From contig JAISXH010000041.1 in the NCBI GenBank assembly GCA_031270825.1, positions 4,514 through 68,513 on the forward strand: a DNA stretch of 64,000 nucleotides, given 5' to 3'. A program made the position numbers and the translations under genes. Every line of letters starts with the position of its first letter. Positions within the stretch are counted from its first letter, which is position 1. Below, piece by piece: positions 18,514-27,513 of the stretch. The notes under the pieces were generated by a model. The model ran no database searches. It was given only the letters and a program-made list of their open reading frames with translations, and had not been told where the DNA came from. The DNA is from Bifidobacteriaceae bacterium (lineage in GTDB: Bacteria > Actinomycetota > Actinomycetes > Actinomycetales > WQXJ01).

Positions 18514-21230
18514 GCCGGATCGGCCTGCGGGTAGGGCTCGCGGGCCAGCGATTTCTCATGCCCGAGGCGCTGCCAAAGCTCTTCGGCGATGTGTGGCGCC
18601 ACCGGCGCCAGCAGCTTGACCAGGGTTTCGACGGCCGCCCGGGGCGCGCTCGGCAACGACGTCAGATGGTTGTTCAGCACAATCATGCGCGCGATCGCGG
18701 TGTTGAAGCGCATCGAGTCCATCTCCTGGCGGACTTCCGCCACCACCCGATGCATCACCTTCAGAGTCGCCTGGTCCGGCTCGGCGTCCGAAACCCGCAG
18801 CTTGCCGGTGTCCTCGTCGACCACGTTGCGCCAGAGGCGTTGCAGGAACCGCTGCGAGCCGACCACCGCCCGGGTCTCCCAGGGCCGCGAGATGTCCAGC
18901 GGCCCCATCGACATCTCGTACAGCCGGAAGGTGTCGGCGCCATAGGTCTGGTACATGTCGTCCGGCGTGACGATGTTCTTCAGCGACTTGCCCATCTTGC
19001 CGTATTCCTGGGTCACCGCTTCGCCGGTCGGCGCGTGGGTGAACACGCCCGGCGGCTGTTCGACCACTTCCTCGGCGGCGACGTACTGCCCGCGGGCGTC
19101 GGTGTAGGCGTGGGCCTGGATGTAGCCCTGATTGAAGAGCCGCCGGAACGGCTCCGAGCCGGACACGAAGCCCAGGTCGTAGAGCACTTTGTGCCAGAAA
19201 CGGGCGTACAGCAGGTGAAGCACCGCGTGCTCCACTCCGCCCACGTACAAGTCGACCCCGCCGGCGTGGTCGCCGGGCTTGCGGGGCGCCATCCAGTAGT
19301 CCTCTTCGACCGGATCGACCACCCGATCGGCCTCGGCCGGGTCCAGGTAACGCAAGTAGTACCAGCACGAACCGGCCCAGTTCGGCATGGTGTTGGTGTC
19401 GCGCCGATAAGCCTTCCGCCCCTCCCCCAAGTCCAGCGTGACGTTGACCCAGTCGGGATTGCGGGCCAGCGGCGTCTCCGGTTCCGAATCCTGGTCTTCC
19501 GGAGCGAAGGTCCGGGGGCGGTAATCGGGCACTTCCGGCAGCTCGACGGGCAGCATTCGGTCCGGCAGCGCGATCGGCTGATCGTCCTCGCCGTAGACGA
19601 TCGGGAACGGCTCGCCCCAGTACCGTTGGCGCGAGAACAGCCAGTCCCGCAGCCGGTAGGTGACGGTTTCCCGCCCCAGGCCCCGGTCCGCCAGCCAGCG
19701 CACGATGCCGTCTTTCGCCTCGTCCACATCCAGCCCGTTCAGCGAGATGGTCGCGTTGGCGGAGTTGATGGTCGGGCCCGGGCCGGTCCAAGCTCCGCCG
19801 GCCCAGTCGGCCGGCGGCTGCACCGTGCGGACATAAGGCAGGTCGAAGGTCTGGGCGAATTCCCAGTCTCGTTCGTCCTCGGCCGGGACCGCCATGATCG
19901 CCCCGGTCCCATAACCCATCAGCACATAGTCGGCCGTGAACACCGGAATCGCCTGATCGTTGACCGGGTTGACCGCGAACAGGCCGGTGAACACGCCGCT
20001 CTTGTCACGCCCCTCGGCCACCCGCTCGGCCTGGGTCTTCTTGGCCGCCGCCGCCTGGTAGGAGGTGACCGCCTCGACCGGCGTGGCGTGGCCCCCGGTC
20101 CAGACCGGCTTGGCGCCCTTGGGCCAGGCCGTCGGCAAACCGGCGCTCAAGAGCGGATGCTCCGGCGCCACGACCATGAAGGTGGCTCCGAAGAGCGTGT
20201 CTGGACGGGTCGTGAAAACGCTGATGACGGCGCCGTCCGAAGGCTCAGCCGAGCCAGCCGGGGCGGCCGGCGGCGCCACCTTGAACTCGACCGTGGCGCC
20301 GGTGGAACGCCCGATCCAGTTGCGCTGCATGGCCACCACCTTCTCCGGCCAATCGACCGCGTCCAGGTCCTCGGCCAGACGCTCGGCGTAGGCGGTGATG
20401 CGCATATTCCACTGCCGCAGCGCCTTGGTGAAGACCGGGAAATTCCCCCGCTCGGAGCGGCCTTCGGCGGTGACCTCTTCGTTGGCCAGCACTGTTCCCA
20501 GCCCGGGCGCCCAGTTGACCGGCGCGTCGGTGATGTACGCCAGCCGGTAGTGGTTCAGAATCCGCCGCCGCCCCGGCGCGTCCAAAGTGTTCCAGTCGCT
20601 GGCGTCGCCGGTGGCCTTGCGGCCGGAGGCGAAAGCCTCCTCCAATTCGGCGATCGGCCGGGCCGCGCCCAGACCGCCGTCGCGTCGCGGCGCCTCCGGG
20701 TCATACCAAGAGTTGAACAGCTGCAAGAAGATCCACTGCGTCCAGCGCACATAGGCCTCGTCGGTGGTGGCGAAGGAGCGCCGGGAGTCGTGGGCCAGGC
20801 CCAGGCGGCGCAGCTGTCCCCGCATGGTGGCGATGTTGGCCTCGGTTGTGACCCCTGGATGCTGGCCGGTCTGCAGCGCGTACTGCTCGGCGGGCAGGCC
20901 GAAGGCGTCATATCCAAGCGCGTGCAGGACGTTGTCGCCCTGCATCCGCCGGTACCGCCCAACGACGTCGGTGGCGATATAGCCGAGCGGATGGCCCACA
21001 TGCAGGCCCTTGCCAGAGGGATACGGAAACATGTCCATGACGAAGAACTTGGCCGCCGCCGGGTCGGCGTGCCGTCCCTCGGCGTCAGTCAAATGGCCCA
21101 CCGGGTTGGCCGCCCAAAAGGTGCCCCGGCGCTCCCATTCGTCCTGCCATTTGGTTTCGATCTGCTCGGCCAGCGCGGCGCTGTAGCGGAAGGCCGGCTG
21201 GTCTGTGGGAGGGGTTCGCGATTCAGACAC
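18312..21230 (-). CDS. leuS: leucyl-tRNA synthetase
   Basis: 972 aa with HIGH motif HVGHPLGY and KMSKS motif KMGKSLKN. Confidence 0.95.
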   Translation of the reverse strand: MSESRTPPTDQPAFRYSAALAEQIETKWQDEWERRGTFWAANPVGHLTDAEGRHADPAAAKFFVMDMFPYPSGKGLHVGHPLGYIATDVVGRYRRMQGDNVLHALGYDAFGLPAEQYALQTGQHPGVTTEANIATMRGQLRRLGLAHDSRRSFATTDEAYVRWTQWIFLQLFNSWYDPEAPRRDGGLGAARPIAELEEAFASGRKATGDASDWNTLDAPGRRRILNHYRLAYITDAPVNWAPGLGTVLANEEVTAEGRSERGNFPVFTKALRQWNMRITAYAERLAEDLDAVDWPEKVVAMQRNWIGRSTGATVEFKVAPPAAPAGSAEPSDGAVISVFTTRPDTLFGATFMVVAPEHPLLSAGLPTAWPKGAKPVWTGGHATPVEAVTSYQAAAAKKTQAERVAEGRDKSGVFTGLFAVNPVNDQAIPVFTADYVLMGYGTGAIMAVPAEDERDWEFAQTFDLPYVRTVQPPADWAGGAWTGPGPTINSANATISLNGLDVDEAKDGIVRWLADRGLGRETVTYRLRDWLFSRQRYWGEPFPIVYGEDDQPIALPDRMLPVELPEVPDYRPRTFAPEDQDSEPETPLARNPDWVNVTLDLGEGRKAYRRDTNTMPNWAGSCWYYLRYLDPAEADRVVDPVEEDYWMAPRKPGDHAGGVDLYVGGVEHAVLHLLYARFWHKVLYDLGFVSGSEPFRRLFNQGYIQAHAYTDARGQYVAAEEVVEQPPGVFTHAPTGEAVTQEYGKMGKSLKNIVTPDDMYQTYGADTFRLYEMSMGPLDISRPWETRAVVGSQRFLQRLWRNVVDEDTGKLRVSDAEPDQATLKVMHRVVAEVRQEMDSMRFNTAIARMIVLNNHLTSLPSAPRAAVETLVKLLAPVAPHIAEELWQRLGHEKSLAREPYPQADPAYLVEETVTAVVQVQGKVRARLQVAPSIGAEDLEAAALADPAVQAALGGKPVRRVVARPPKLVNLVV

Positions 21231-21318
21231 CGCTCTAGGTTACAAGCAGGCCCCAGACCGCCCGGCTAAGGTGGACTTGGCATTTTCACCGCACCGACCA
21301 TCCCCCTAGGAGGAAACC

Positions 21319-21759
21319 ATGCCTGCCGCCCGCGCCAACGCGATTCTTCAAGCCGCTCTGGTCGATTTGATCGACTTGTCGCTGCTCGCCAAACAAGCCC
21401 ACTGGAATGTCCGGGGCGTCAACTTCCGCTCGGTCCACCTGGAACTCGACGAGGTGATCGACCAGGTCCGGATCAATTCCGATGACGTGGCCGAACGCCT
21501 GGCCGCCGTCGGCGGCAGCCCCGACGGGCGCGCCGCCACTGTCGCCGCCACCTCCAAGGTCCCCGGAATCGAGCCCGGCCCGATCGAGGCGCCGGTGGTC
21601 GTGGCCGAATTCTCCGCCCGCGTCTATGACGCCGCCCGCCGGATCGAGGTCGACCTGCCCGAACTGGACGAGGACCTGGCCTCACAGGATCTGCTCATCG
21701 GCATCGTCGGCCAGCTCGACAAGGCGGCCTGGATGCTCCGCTCGCAGACGGAGTCCTGA
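21319..21759 (+). CDS. dps: Dps-family DNA-protecting/ferritin-like protein
   Basis: 146 aa with LAKQAHWNVRGVNFRSVHLELDE. AGGAGG RBS 6 nt upstream. Confidence 0.85.
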   Translation: MPAARANAILQAALVDLIDLSLLAKQAHWNVRGVNFRSVHLELDEVIDQVRINSDDVAERLAAVGGSPDGRAATVAATSKVPGIEPGPIEAPVVVAEFSARVYDAARRIEVDLPELDEDLASQDLLIGIVGQLDKAAWMLRSQTES

Positions 21760-21775
21760 GTCCTCGAAACGGTCG

Positions 21776-23647
21776 TCAGCTAGCCCCGGGCGGGGCGCCG
21801 CCGTTGTCGGCGGACTGTCCCGGCGGCGGGGCTTTCGGCAGCGCCGGCCAAGCTTTGATGGAGGACAGCTTGGCCGAGGCGTCCGGGTAGACGGTCAGCA
21901 GTTGCCAGGCCGCGACCCGGCCGTCGGCGTCGAACAGCAAAATGGTCATCTCCGCCGGGGAGCCCAGCGGCCCCAGATTGGTGGTCTCGGCGTTGTCGCG
22001 CCCGGTCGAGGCCTGGGTGTAGAAGATCCCCCGGCCGACCACCCTCGGATCGGCCCGGGTGTGCATGTGCCCGGTGACGGCCGCTGGCACACAGCCGGCC
22101 TCCAACGCTCCCATGGCCATGACCGGCTCGTGGACCAGGAGCAGGTCGACTGAACCGTCGGCGCAGGCGGTCTTGGCCAGCCGCGCCGACACGTCGGCGG
22201 CCGACTCCTCGCCGCGCAACCTGGTGGCCTGCCCCATCTCGGAGCGGTTCGGATCGGCATCTCCCAGGATCCGCAGGCCCGCCACCGTTTCGACCTTGCC
22301 GGCCAGGACCGTGGCCCCGGCCGACCGCTCCTGTGTGGCGGTCAATGAGCTGTCATGGTTGCCGATCACACTCACCCAGGTCGCCTTGGCCGGCAGGGCG
22401 GCCGCGATTTGGTCGACGCAATAACGCTCCATCGCCGTGCCGTCCATAGTGGTGTCCCCGCCGTCCAGCACCACTGTCGTGCCCAGCGCCCCGGCGGCCG
22501 CGCCCACCACCTGGGCCATGCCCACGTTGCAATGCAAGTCGGAGAAGAAGAGCACCGGCCGCAGGTCGCCGTATGGCCCCCGGCCCGACAGCCACGGCGG
22601 CGTCGGCGATGGCTCAGCTAACGGCACGCCAGACGGCAGGCCGGATTGCCGGCCAGACGGGGCGCCGGAGAGCGCCCCAGACGCCGCCCCCGGCGACGAA
22701 TCTGCTCCCAAACCGCCACCCGCCTCCGACGACGCGCCCTGTCCGCCAGAGGAACCCGCCGAGGCCTCCCCGCCAGTCGAATCGCCGCCGTCTGTCCCTC
22801 CCGGATCGCTGGACGCGCTTAGCGAACTGCCAGCGGCCGTCGCCGCCGGCGAACCCGGAAGGCCCCAAATCCGGCCGGCCGCCGCCAGGGCCTGGTCGGC
22901 GAACGCCGCCTCGACGCTGGCGGCCGCCTGGTCGTAGAAGGTCACGGCGTCCTCGTAGGCGTCGACCGCCACCGAGCCGTATTGGCCGATCAGCTGCCCC
23001 AGGCGGCCCGTCATCTGGGCGCCGGCCAAAGGAGTGTCCGCCAGCAAGGGTTCGGGAACCAGCTCGGCTGTGGGCTGCGCCGCCCAGACCACCGCCGAGC
23101 CGATCCCCAACCCGGCCGCGACGATCCCAGCCACGGCGCCAGCGGCGGCCCGCTTATGGCGCCGCGCCCACATGGCGATCTGGATCCGCCGTGACCGCCC
23201 CAGGGCCAAGCGGAAAAGAACTGTCGCAATCAACACGCTGGCCCAGACGATGCCGGCGCGGACCAGGCCGTCCACGGCCAAGTCGATGATCGCTTGGCGC
23301 ACTGTCTGGCCAATGCCCAGGTAGGCCTGGCCGTATTCGGTCAAGTCGCCTGCCAGCATGGAGATCGAGGGCAAGGCGGTGTCAGCCGGGTCGGCCGAGT
23401 CGGCCGGGATCGGCCCCACCTCGACACGTCCGCCCAAGAACCCCACCGGCCCCGGCAGCGGGCTCTCCATGACCACGGCGCCGAGGGGACCCAGGTCGAC
23501 GGTCAATCGCGAGTCGACCGTCACGTGGTAGGTCGCCTCGTGGGGCCCGAACGGGTAGTCGGCTTGCGCCGTCGTCAGACCGATGACCAACGCCGGCAGC
23601 GCCATCGCCACCCCGTACAGCCACCACAGCCAGAACCGCGCCCTCAT
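21776..23647 (-). CDS. membrane-anchored metallophosphoesterase with a Ser/Gly-rich linker
   Basis: N-terminal TMs and a long S/G low-complexity stretch. C-terminal calcineurin-like motifs FFSDLH, LDGGDTT, IGNHDS, LLVHEP and GHMH. Confidence 0.7.
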   Translation of the reverse strand: MRARFWLWWLYGVAMALPALVIGLTTAQADYPFGPHEATYHVTVDSRLTVDLGPLGAVVMESPLPGPVGFLGGRVEVGPIPADSADPADTALPSISMLAGDLTEYGQAYLGIGQTVRQAIIDLAVDGLVRAGIVWASVLIATVLFRLALGRSRRIQIAMWARRHKRAAAGAVAGIVAAGLGIGSAVVWAAQPTAELVPEPLLADTPLAGAQMTGRLGQLIGQYGSVAVDAYEDAVTFYDQAAASVEAAFADQALAAAGRIWGLPGSPAATAAGSSLSASSDPGGTDGGDSTGGEASAGSSGGQGASSEAGGGLGADSSPGAASGALSGAPSGRQSGLPSGVPLAEPSPTPPWLSGRGPYGDLRPVLFFSDLHCNVGMAQVVGAAAGALGTTVVLDGGDTTMDGTAMERYCVDQIAAALPAKATWVSVIGNHDSSLTATQERSAGATVLAGKVETVAGLRILGDADPNRSEMGQATRLRGEESAADVSARLAKTACADGSVDLLLVHEPVMAMGALEAGCVPAAVTGHMHTRADPRVVGRGIFYTQASTGRDNAETTNLGPLGSPAEMTILLFDADGRVAAWQLLTVYPDASAKLSSIKAWPALPKAPPPGQSADNGGAPPGAS

Positions 23648-24705
23648 ACCTCCCAGGCTCCGATCGTCAGCCGCTCCCAGTCAAACCGATCCACCAATTC
23701 GTCCATCACCGCATCCGTCTCGTATCCCCCAGTGGGGACGATGCCGTCCGCCCCAGCCCTCATCCTGTCGCCGCCGGACCCAGCCTGCTCGCCGCCGGAC
23801 CCAGCCTGCTCGCCGCCAGCCCCTGCCGGCGGCTGCGGGACCGGCGCGACGCGGCGCCCCTGGACGCCGCCCGTTACCGCAGCCGCACTGTCTCCGAGGC
23901 CCAGGCCGATGGAGCCGGCGATCAACTCCAGCACGCCGAGGGCCCCGCCGTGGCGGCGAAACAGCGCCGCGCCGGCCAAGTCCGCATCGCGCTTGGACAG
24001 TCGGCGCCCGGAGGCGGCGTAGACCAGCGGCACATGGCTGTAGGAGACGCCTGGCAAACCCAGCAGCTCGGCCAAATAGCTTTGGCGGCCGGACGAACTG
24101 AGCAAATCGTCACCGCGGGTGACTTCGGTGACCCCCTGGGCGGCATCGTCCACCACCACGGCCAAGTTGTACGCGGCCAGGCCGTCCGCGCGGCGCAAGA
24201 TGAAATCGTCCACCGGCTGCAGGCTCTCCCCCGCCAGTCGATCCTTCACCGGGAACGCGGCCACCTGGGCTCTCAGGCGGATCGCGGGCTCCTTGACCAG
24301 CCGGCGGCGATCAGCGGCGGCGGCGCTGAGCCGTCGACAGGTGCCGGGATAGGCGCCGGGCGGGCGGTGCGGGGCCCGCGCGGCCTGAAGGATGTCGCGC
24401 CGGGAGCAGAAGCATTCGTAGACCAGCCCCTGGTCCGCCAGCCGTTTGATCGCCGCGTCGTAAACCCGGCGGCGCTCCGATTGCCTCAGAACCGGACCGT
24501 CCCAGCGGATGCCCAGCTCGCGCAGCGTCGCCAACTGGCGGCGCGCGAACTCGGGCCGGCAGCGCTCGTCCAGGTCCTCCAGGCGCATCCGGAAATCCAG
24601 GCCCTGGCCGCGCGCCACCAAATAGGCCAGCACCGCCGTCCTCAGGTTCCCCAAATGCAGATCGCTCGAGGGCGAGGGCGCGTAACGGCCCGCCCCGGCC
24701 TTCAC
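23644..24705 (-). CDS. gluQ: glutamyl-Q tRNA(Asp) synthetase
   Basis: GRYAPSPSSDLHLGNL (HIGH-like) and RLSKRD (KMSKS-like). Truncated GluRS-like size with no anticodon-binding domain. GTGA and ATGA overlaps with its neighbours. Confidence 0.8.
   Translation of the reverse strand: MKAGAGRYAPSPSSDLHLGNLRTAVLAYLVARGQGLDFRMRLEDLDERCRPEFARRQLATLRELGIRWDGPVLRQSERRRVYDAAIKRLADQGLVYECFCSRRDILQAARAPHRPPGAYPGTCRRLSAAAADRRRLVKEPAIRLRAQVAAFPVKDRLAGESLQPVDDFILRRADGLAAYNLAVVVDDAAQGVTEVTRGDDLLSSSGRQSYLAELLGLPGVSYSHVPLVYAASGRRLSKRDADLAGAALFRRHGGALGVLELIAGSIGLGLGDSAAAVTGGVQGRRVAPVPQPPAGAGGEQAGSGGEQAGSGGDRMRAGADGIVPTGGYETDAVMDELVDRFDWERLTIGAWEV
23770..23817 (-). repeat. perfect 21-bp tandem duplication (plus a partial third unit) inside gluQ, encoding GGEQAGS GGEQAGS
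   Basis: gccgccggacccagcctgctc occurs twice in tandem, read directly. Confidence 0.85.
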
Positions 24706-25640
24706 AGGTCCAGCGTCTTCGAGAGCAGCAGGAGGGCGGCCGCCACTCGCGGGTTGACTTCCTCGTCGGCGATGTCGAGCCCCCGATAGATCGCCAACAA
24801 ATGATTCTCGACGGTGCGCCGGGACAGGCCTAGCTGTTCAGCCACCTGCTGGTTGGTGTAGCCGTCGGCGATCAGGCGCAACACCGCCATCTGCTGCCCG
24901 GTCAGACCTTCGAAGGGATCGCGGCGGGTGGCGCCCGGAGCGACCGGCTGCGGGACGTCCATGGCCACCCGGCGGACCAGCTCGACCAAGCCCTCGCGAC
25001 CGATGTTGCTCAGTTTCGACACGCTGGCCCAGGGACGGCGCAGGTGGCGCCGGCTGGATGAGATCAAAGAGGTGACATCATGCCGGGTCATGATGATGAC
25101 GCGGAGTCTGGGGTCGATCCGCTGCAGCTCTGCCGCCAAGACCGCGCCGGAGCCGTCCTTCTGCTCCACATCCGCGATCAGCAGGTCGACCCGTCCAGGC
25201 AGGGACTCGCGGGCTTTGGCGACCGAGTCGAGGGAGGCCACCACCTTCAGATCGGGCGCTTGCGACAAAGCGTCCACCACCATGGTCCTAAAGAGAGTCT
25301 CCTGGTCGACGATCCCGACCCGGGCGGTGCGCCGGATGGCTCCGCCCGTCGTCGCCACATCGGCGGCCGAATAGGGCGGTCCCGTCCGGATCAGGCGCCG
25401 CGGCGTCTCGCCCGTGCGCTGGCGCTGGCCGGTGGCGGGAAACTGGTCCGAGCGCGGATATTGGCCTGAGCGCGGATATTGGGCCGACCGGCCCCGGGGG
25501 TTGACCCGCCCGCCGGCGGTGGCCGGCGCCGAACCCGTCGCCGGCCGCAGAGCCGATGCGGGAATCCCCTGATGTATAACCGCATGCGGTTTGGTCCTGG
25601 GATCGACCCGCCCTTCGCTCTCCTCGGTCGATTCAGACAA
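24702..25640 (-). CDS. NarL/LuxR-family response regulator with an N-terminal extension of about 100 aa of low complexity
   Basis: REC-like core (VGIVDQE...LLIADV...IIMTRHD) plus a C-terminal LuxR HTH LTGQQMAVLRLIADGYTNQQVAEQLGLSRRTVENHL. The track start is a TTG overlapping the upstream stop. An internal GTG about 15 aa before the REC domain is an alternative start. Confidence 0.75.
   Translation of the reverse strand: MSESTEESEGRVDPRTKPHAVIHQGIPASALRPATGSAPATAGGRVNPRGRSAQYPRSGQYPRSDQFPATGQRQRTGETPRRLIRTGPPYSAADVATTGGAIRRTARVGIVDQETLFRTMVVDALSQAPDLKVVASLDSVAKARESLPGRVDLLIADVEQKDGSGAVLAAELQRIDPRLRVIIMTRHDVTSLISSSRRHLRRPWASVSKLSNIGREGLVELVRRVAMDVPQPVAPGATRRDPFEGLTGQQMAVLRLIADGYTNQQVAEQLGLSRRTVENHLLAIYRGLDIADEEVNPRVAAALLLLSKTLDL
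25448..25483 (-). repeat. 18-bp tandem repeat (2 copies) encoding AQYPRS GQYPRS in the regulator N-terminus
   Basis: gagcgcggatattgg occurs twice with an 18-nt period, read directly. Confidence 0.7.
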
Positions 25641-26919
25641 GAAACCTCTCCCCTAGCACATCCCTAGGGATAGCCCGAGCCAGCTTTTCAGCACGTCCCC
25701 GCTTGCCCATCCCGTTGAGGGCCGCCACCGCCACCCGCCGGCACATCGCCAGACGAGTTGGAGCGCCCTCCCTCATCAAACGTCGTTCTGCCTCCAAACA
25801 ATACGACAACGCGAGAGAGTGTTCACCTGCCAGCTCATTCAGATATGCGGCCACGAGCAACGCCTCCGATAAAGAATATGGGTGCTCGCCCCTAGTGATC
25901 GAAGCGTGGCGGTTAATCTGGGTGACCGCCTCAGACTCGCGTCCGCACACCCACAAGGACTGGGCAACGTTGATCCGGACCTGCGCGCGGTACCGGTCTG
26001 CCATGTCGGTGGGGACCATGACGAAGCCGTCGTCCGGCATCTGCGCCTGGGCTCTCTCCATGGTGGTGAGGGCGTCGAAAAGACGGTCCTGGCGGATCTC
26101 GATCAATGCGCGCAAATTGAGCAGCAGAACCTGCATGGCCTCCGCGTCCGCGTCCGAGACCACGTAGTGCCTCAGCGCCGCCCCCGCCACCTTGGTCAGG
26201 TCCTTGATCAAGGACAGCGCGCCATCGTAATCATGCAGCCGCTTGATCAGCAGCGCCACGATCCGCAGGTCGACCAGGAAACGTGAGACCGGGCTCGTGG
26301 TCAGGGCGGCAGCGCGTTGCAGCAGCTCATAGGACCGGCGCGGGTCGGTCAAAGACAGCATTGTGGCCACCGCCGTGGCCAGGCGAGGGGTGTCGAACGG
26401 CCTGACGGCGGAGTCGAGCAATTGCGCGAAAGCCGACCCGGCGGCATCGTCGCCGGTGAAAATCGTCAACGACTCCAAGTCGGCGCTGATCTCCTGACTA
26501 GTACGTCTGTCCGCCTCCCAAGCTCTGGTCTGCAGCACCAGCGCCTCATCCTGTCTGTCCGCCAACGCCGTCCAGGCCTTCTTCAGCGTCGGCTGCTTGG
26601 CCAGCGAACCGGTGAACAACACCTGCGGGTCGCGCCAGCGCCTCAACCCCATGTCCATCAAGAAGGTCGGCGCTTCGATGGTGTTCTCATGCGGAATCGT
26701 CGGCAGGGCCGCCACCTGCGCACGGCGCACAAACGGATACGGCAGGCCTGGCGGCGCCTCCTCCAGAACCTGGCGGGCGAAGCTGACGTGCGGCAGAATC
26801 AGTTCGTTCACCGAATGTCTCCATGAGTCCAGGCCGCCAAGCATTCGGCCACCCTTAGCTGAGGGTTCAGCTTCAACCAAGCGACGATCTGGTCCACAGT
26901 CATCGGTTCCATCGCTCAC
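25633..26919 (-). CDS. hypothetical alpha-helical repeat (TPR-like) protein
   Basis: 428-aa ORF with a GTG start. Composition is helix-rich and repeat-like, with no enzymatic motif recognised. Sampled 60-nt lines are about 53-58% GC against about 70% in neighbours. Confidence 0.6.
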   Translation of the reverse strand: MSDGTDDCGPDRRLVEAEPSAKGGRMLGGLDSWRHSVNELILPHVSFARQVLEEAPPGLPYPFVRRAQVAALPTIPHENTIEAPTFLMDMGLRRWRDPQVLFTGSLAKQPTLKKAWTALADRQDEALVLQTRAWEADRRTSQEISADLESLTIFTGDDAAGSAFAQLLDSAVRPFDTPRLATAVATMLSLTDPRRSYELLQRAAALTTSPVSRFLVDLRIVALLIKRLHDYDGALSLIKDLTKVAGAALRHYVVSDADAEAMQVLLLNLRALIEIRQDRLFDALTTMERAQAQMPDDGFVMVPTDMADRYRAQVRINVAQSLWVCGRESEAVTQINRHASITRGEHPYSLSEALLVAAYLNELAGEHSLALSYCLEAERRLMREGAPTRLAMCRRVAVAALNGMGKRGRAEKLARAIPRDVLGERFLV

Positions 26920-27153
26920 ACCTTTCCTGGCCTTTCCGGGGGAGGCCTGATCAAAGAGCAGGAGTATTTCTACGGGCGCATGCCGTCGGCTGGCCGCTGC
27001 CAGCCTCCGGTGTCACTTCGATGCTAGCGCTCCGCCCGTAGTTCCACTGTCCACAGCATAAGCCGAAACATGGCCCCGCTTGACAGGCGTTCGCGGCAGG
27101 AGAAAGTTGGATATTGCCTGACATTGATTGATCGACCACCATTGGGAGCATCC

Positions 27154-27498
27154 ATGGACACCGGCCCGAAACTGACCGTCCGCAACAACACCGAATCCAA
27201 TCAGTACGAGCTGCTGGCTGACGGCCAAGTGATTGGCGTCGCCGAGTACCAAGCGCAGCCTGGCGCGCTAGCGTTCGTCCACACCGAGATCATCCCCGCG
27301 GCGACCGGCCACGGCTTGGGCGAGGCCCTGGTCCGCACCGCCCTGGACAACGTCCGCGCGGAGGGCCTGGCGGCGCTGCCATATTGCTCGTTCGTGCGCC
27401 ACTACATTGAGACCCATCCCGACTACCAGGACTTGGTGCCCCCGGCCAACCGGCCGGCATTCGGGCTGCCAACCGTCCTGGAGGCCCCCGCCACCTGA
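27154..27498 (+). CDS. small GNAT-like N-acetyltransferase (YjdJ-type)
   Basis: ATG at 27154 preceded by GGGAG. About 114 aa with FVHTEIIPAATGHGLGEALVRTALDNVRAEGL...PYCSFV, typical of the single-domain GNAT-like family. Confidence 0.6.
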   Translation: MDTGPKLTVRNNTESNQYELLADGQVIGVAEYQAQPGALAFVHTEIIPAATGHGLGEALVRTALDNVRAEGLAALPYCSFVRHYIETHPDYQDLVPPANRPAFGLPTVLEAPAT

Positions 27499-27513
27499 CA
27501 AGGAGACCCGCTC

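Noticed and set aside
18105-21269. 1054-aa plus-strand ORF spanning the whole of leuS in antisense
   Set aside because: This is a classic shadow ORF of a high-GC gene. The translation is Arg/Gly/Pro-rich with no motifs, while the minus-strand frame has HIGH/KMSKS LeuRS motifs.
25611-25680. Apparent 1-nt register disagreement between my hand translation and the ORF track at the TPR-like/regulator junction, suggesting a possible frameshift
   Set aside because: The +1 and -1 offsets compensate within a single 60-nt line, and both flanking landmarks (24702 and 25703) agree with the track. I attribute the mismatch to my manual reading and defer to the track coordinates.
27070-27153. Upstream ATG at 27070 as the start of the GNAT-like gene
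   Set aside because: The added 28 residues (MAPLDRRSRQEK...) have no SD and lie in the promoter-like AT-richer region. The ATG at 27154 has a GGGAG SD and gives the family-typical length.
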